The notes beneath the pieces were generated by a model, which was given only the letters and a program-made list of their open reading frames with translations, did no database searches and had not been told where the DNA came from. A stretch of DNA of 64,000 nucleotides from Scenedesmus sp. PABB004 (Eukaryota), in contig JABVCE010000003.1 in NCBI GenBank assembly GCA_014905635.1, forward strand, positions 1 through 64,000, given 5' to 3'. A program made the translations under genes and the position numbers. Below, piece after piece: positions 58,808 to 64,000 of the stretch. Position 1 is the stretch's first letter. Every line of letters starts with the position of its first letter.

Positions 58808-60701
58808 CCCACCGCCACCCGCACGTGCCACGAGCCGCGCACCTTGTGCAGCGCGGCCATCTGCGCTGCCAGAAACGTGGCCGCCTCCTGCAGCTGCTGC
58901 ACGTTGGCGCCGGCCTCAGCGCCGACGGCCGCCGCAGCGCTGGGTGCAAGCGCCGGTTCGCCCCCGGCCTCCAGCTTGACGTGGACGGCGCCGCTGGGCC
59001 CCGCCTCCGCCTGGCCGGCGACCTCCAGCTTGACGTGGACGGCGCCGCTGGGCGCGGCCGCCGGCTCGCCAGTGGTGGCCTCCAGCTTGACGCGCACGAT
59101 GGGCCCCGCCTCGCCAGCGGGCTCAAGCTTGATGCGCACCGTGCAGCTGGGCACGACCTCAGCGCCTGCGGTGCCCCCGACGCGGGGCGCAGGCTCGCCG
59201 ACCGCCTGGGCGCCGCCCTCAGTGCTGGCGGCGCCGGCTGCGTTGCGCCCCTCTGCGCCCTCAGTGAGGCCAGGCTGCGCCTGCTCAGACGCCGGCTGCA
59301 TCTCCACCTCGGGGCCCGAATGCGCCTCGCGCTGCGCCTGCGGCGGCAGCGGCGCGCCTGCGCCCGCATCGCCGCCAGCGAGCGCAGGTGGCTGCTCAGG
59401 GCCTCCTGCGTCTGTGACAGCGACCGCGCCGGCTGCGGGCGGCTGCTCCACCGGCGGCTGCTGCACAGGCGGCTGCTCCGCAGGCGGCTGCTCCGCCGGC
59501 GGCTGCTCCACCGGCGGCTTGTCCGCGGGCGGCTGCTGCGCCGGCGGCTGCTCCGCGGGCGGCTGCTGCGCCGGCGGCTGCTGCACAGGCGGCTGCTCCG
59601 TAGGAGGCTGCTCCGCCGGCGGCTGCTCCGCGAGCGGTTGCTCCGCCGGCGGCTGCTCCGCAGGCGGCTGCTCCACCGGCGGCTGCTCCGCAGGCGGCTG
59701 CTCTGTCGGCGGCTGCTCCGCGGGCGGCTGCGCGGCCGCCGCCGCAGCGGCCTTGCTGGCGGCCGCGTCGTTGATGTGGCGCAGCGCCTGGGCGCACGCC
59801 TGCGCCACCGCGGTGCGCGGCTCCTCCACCAGCACCGCCATGCAGCCCAGCGCCAGCGCCTGCTTGGCTACCACCGAGGCATAGGTCGCCTCGTACGCGG
59901 CCACCGGCGCAATGAGGCGGTACCTGCGGCCGGAGAGGGCCGGACGGCGCTCGCCGCGCCGGCGCTGACCGCCGAGCACAGCAGCCCCCCCCCCCACCTC
60001 GCCCCGGCGCGCGCAACCCACCAAGCCACATCGGTCATCACCCACACCGCCGGCTGCTCGCCGTACTCCAGGCACCAGTCGCGCAGCACGCCCGTGGTGA
60101 CGCGCACGCGGCCGACACCTGCAAGCGTGCGCGTGTGCGGGGGCGCGCGTCGCCCCTTGCGCGCCGCCGGCCCCTCGGCCGCCGCCGCCGCCGCCGCAGT
60201 GGCAGTGCCTGCTGCCGGGCGCACCATCGTTCCCGTGCGACGCCGGCAGCAGCTCGCCGCTCGCGGCGAGGCGTGCGGTGCCGCCCTGCAGCGACTCCAG
60301 CGGCACCAGCGCCTCCGGCCGGCCCAGCTCATGGATGCTGAAGCCGTCCAGCAGCCGCAGCTGGCAGGGCGCGCCGCCTGCGGCGCGCGGGCGCGGCGTG
60401 GCGGCAGCAGCGGCGGCAGCGCGTGGGCGCCGCGGCGCGCGCGCTGCTCGGCTGCGTCGCCCGCCGCAGCCCCGGCTGCTCGGGTTGCGGCGTCGCGCTC
60501 TGGGCGAGCCGCAGAGGCGCCTCCCCCCGCGTGTGGGCCTTGCCGGCGGGCGGTGCCACCTCTCCGCCCCCGCGCAGCGCAGGGTGCCGCGCGAGCGGCG
60601 GTGGTGGGCGCTTGTTGCCCCCGTCAGCGCCCGGCAACGCACCGGCCTGCTGGCTGAACAGGGGCGGCACGCCCCGCTCGCCAAGCGGCGTCTCGCCCAT
60701 C
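49591..60701 (-). CDS. Large multidomain chromatin protein: RFTS-like, DDT, WHIM1, WSD, BRWD/PHIP ancillary-like, ARID
   Basis: RLLDGFSI...LVPLESL...LRDWCLEYG...WVMTDVAWYRL (RFTS-like); GELLVLWELAQGFGGVLQLPPFSLEQLEAALL (DDT); PLGEDSRGRRYWVL (WSD); LPDFLV...RRWAPGDRF...PWRSVTVAW...VSPWELEP (BRWD-like); PMWAGRELDLYSLFLVVNVRGGYEGV...WPDVARSMG (ARID). Start and some exon boundaries are uncertain. Confidence 0.75.
56370..56570 (-). repeat. Coding 15-bp minisatellite (EQPPA)n, block 1
   Basis: GGCGGCTGCTCCGCA-type units in frame in the chromatin gene. Confidence 0.9.
58748..58806. repeat. (CTG)n/(CAG)n microsatellite, ~19 units, probably intronic
   Basis: Read directly; lies between a predicted donor at ~58842 and acceptor at ~58677. 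Confidence 0.85.
59435..59730 (-). repeat. Coding 15-bp minisatellite (EQPPA)n, block 2
   Basis: Same unit; the flanking ~150 bp (59280-59435) duplicates 56205-56370. Confidence 0.9.
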
Positions 60702-61141
60702 ACGGGGCTGGCAAGCGCGCTGATGGCCGCATGGGTGCGCCCGACCACGCGATCACTGGCCGTGGAGGCGCTGCGCCAGGCGACGGCCGGCAGGCGGCGC
60801 GCGGCGCAGGGCGGCGGCGCCGCTGCTTGCGCCCGGAGCGCGTGAGAGGAGCGCGGCGCAGGCGGCGGGCGCTTCGGGAGAGTGCCTCAGACGAGTGCGA
60901 AGGAGCGGCGGTGGGGCGTGAGAGGGGCGCACTGCGTACCCGCCGGTGCCGGAAAAACGACGCGGCACGCAGGGCTCGGCGGCAGGGCTGGCGCTGTCAC
61001 CCTCGCTTCAGCTGCCCCACCGCCTCCAGCGCACCAGCCCGCGAGCTCACCGCCCAGCGCGCCGCCGGGCCCGCGCTCTCGAGCCGCCGCTGCTGCTGCC
61101 GGCCTCCCACCGCGCCTGCCGCCGAGGGCGCACCCTCCGCG

Positions 61142-62551
61142 ATGCCGCGTTCGCCCGCCGCTGTCCGGCTGGGCCTGGCGCTGCAGCAGTGCGGTGGCGT
61201 GCGCAGCGCCGCCGCGGCCGGCGCCGGCGCGGGCGGGCGCGCGCTGCTGCTGCCGGCGATCGGCGCCGCCCGGCACGCGCCCGCGCGCCGCGCGGCGCCC
61301 TGGCGGGAGCACGCGTGGCTGAGCAGCCAAGCCGGCGGGGACGGCGGCGAGGGCGAGGGCGTGGTGGCGCAGCTGGACAGCATGGTCGAGGTCATGCTGT
61401 CAAACCCGGCGATGCAGCAGATGATGCTCGCGCGCATGCCGCCGCACATGCGCAAGCCCGAGGTGCTGCGCGCGATGATGGCCAACCCAGAGGTGCGCCA
61501 GCGCATCGCCGCGCTGGCCAAGCAGTCGGTGAGTGTGCGCCGGCGCGCGCGTGGGTGGCGGCGGCCCGTGTGGGGGCGCCGGCGCGCGTGCTCGCGGCGG
61601 CGGGCGCATTGGCGGCTGTGCACGCGCCCGCCGGCGAGCGGCTGCCGTGGTCCCGCCGACCCGCGCAGGGCCTGGACCGCATGCTGTCGCAGCTGGACGC
61701 CGCCAAGATGGCGTCGGGGCTGTCGGCTAGCAGCCGGGCGGGGCTCGACCCCGCGGCGCTGTTTGAGCGCTTCAGCCAGAGCCCCACGCTCGCCCCGCGC
61801 ATGAACGACCCCCGCGTGCTGGCGGCCCTCATGGACCTGGCTAGGTGCCGCGCCGCGCTGCGCGCCGGCGCGCGGCGCGCGGCTGTGGGCGCCGCTGCGC
61901 GGCCATCGTGCAGCCGCCGCGGCCGCCGCCCAACGCCGCGCGCGCGCCCGCTCCGCGCCGCGCTGCAGCAACGGCCCCGACGCGCTGAAGAAGTACTCGG
62001 GGGACCAGGAGGTGGTGGAGGCGGCCATGGAGGCGGGGGACATCATCACTGCGATGCAGCAGGAGCAGGAGCAGCAGGCGGGCGGGAGCGGCGGCGCCGC
62101 GGCCGCTGCAGCGCCTGCCAGCAGCCCTGGCGGCGTCGCGGACGCGGAGGCGCAGCTCGGCATGCGGCCGGAGGAGCTCATGCAGCGCCTGATGGCGCGC
62201 CCCGACCTGCTGGCCAAGGTCCAGGACCCCAAGGTGCGCGCCGCGCGCTGCGCTGCGCGGCGCGCGCCGGCCGGCGCCGTGCGCGTGCGCGGCACGCGCC
62301 GAGCTCCCCCCGCCGCCGCCGCGCGCGTGCGCAGGTGCAGCAGGCGCTGCAGGAGGTGTCGGCCAGCCCCTGGAAGATCGTCAAGTATCTCTTCAACAAG
62401 GACGTGATGGCCGCCATCAAGGCGCGGGCGGGCGGCGCGCGCGCGCGGGCGGGGGAGCGGGCCGGGCCGTGCGCTGAGGCGCCGCCCGTGTGCGCGTGCC
62501 GCCCGCCCGCAGGAGATGAAGGACATGCTGCAGCAGCCGCCGGCTAAGTAG
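61142..62551 (+). CDS. STI1/Hop-domain protein resembling the Tic40 C-terminus, 5 exons
   Basis: MLSNPAMQQMMLARMPPHMRKPEVLRAMMANPEVRQRI; GMRPEELMQRLMARPDLLAKVQDPKVQQALQEVSASPWKIVKY. Confidence 0.75.
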
Positions 62552-63026
62552 TCGCGGCGGCGGGGGGGCGCGGGGGCGCGCCGCATGTCGCTGCGGTTTG
62601 CTGCTGGCGGTCGGCGCGCGTCGCGAGCAACCGCTCCATGCCGTGTTGCCTCGGGCCGCGCCAGGCCCACACCAAAACCCAGGCGATCACTTGTTCAGTG
62701 ACGCCGCCGCGGCGCGGGGCCAGGTCATCCTGCAGTGACGGGCGCGGGCCGGCCCCGGGCTCAGCGCTTGGCCGCAGCGCCGCCGCGTGGGGGGCCGGCG
62801 CGGCCGCCGCTGCAGGGCCAGCCGCCAGCACGCGCCGCTGCCTCGGCAGCTTGTACAGCACGCGGCGCGCCGCCCGGCTGGCGCCGCCGCCGGCCCGGGC
62901 GGGGCGAGGCCCAGGCGGCGCCGCGCGGGGCAGTCCGATGAAATCGCATCCATCCTCTACAGGGGGCCGGCTGCTGCCGACGCGGTGCGGCGTGCCCGTC
63001 GCAGCCGCGCGACCCGGCGACACGTC

Positions 63027-64000
<974 letters not shown>

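Overview
Extremely GC-rich eukaryotic nuclear DNA, most consistent with a chlorophycean green alga (spliceosomal introns, TGTAA polyadenylation signals, nucleus-encoded psaL and plastid rps13). The left ~21 kb is a repeat/retroelement block: the poly(A) 3' end of an L1-like LINE, a ~9.2 kb array of a 172-bp satellite (~53 copies), and a second 5'-truncated L1 with an apparently full-length RTEX-like non-LTR element nested in its 3' UTR. The RTEX-like element encodes ORF1-like RRM, two Tudor-like repeats, APE endonuclease, RT and a Zn finger, and has a microsatellite tail and a 12-bp TSD. Three more truncated copies of it, an inverted L1 fragment and diverged satellite monomers follow. Directly adjacent is a tandem pair of intron-containing tyrosine recombinase genes with putative organelle transit peptides; they are nearly identical except in the predicted DNA-recognition region. 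The rest is dense host gene space: RPL9, SF3B1, a MATH/TRAF protein, psaL, plastid rps13, a Gyp1/TBC1D22-like RabGAP, ARF1, a large RFTS-DDT-WHIM/WSD-BRWD-ARID chromatin protein, a Tic40-like STI1 protein and a partial TEY MAP kinase. GC-AG introns are unusually frequent. The ~3000-aa ORFs over 385-10843 are satellite artefacts. All domain calls are by eye from motifs; no database search was run.
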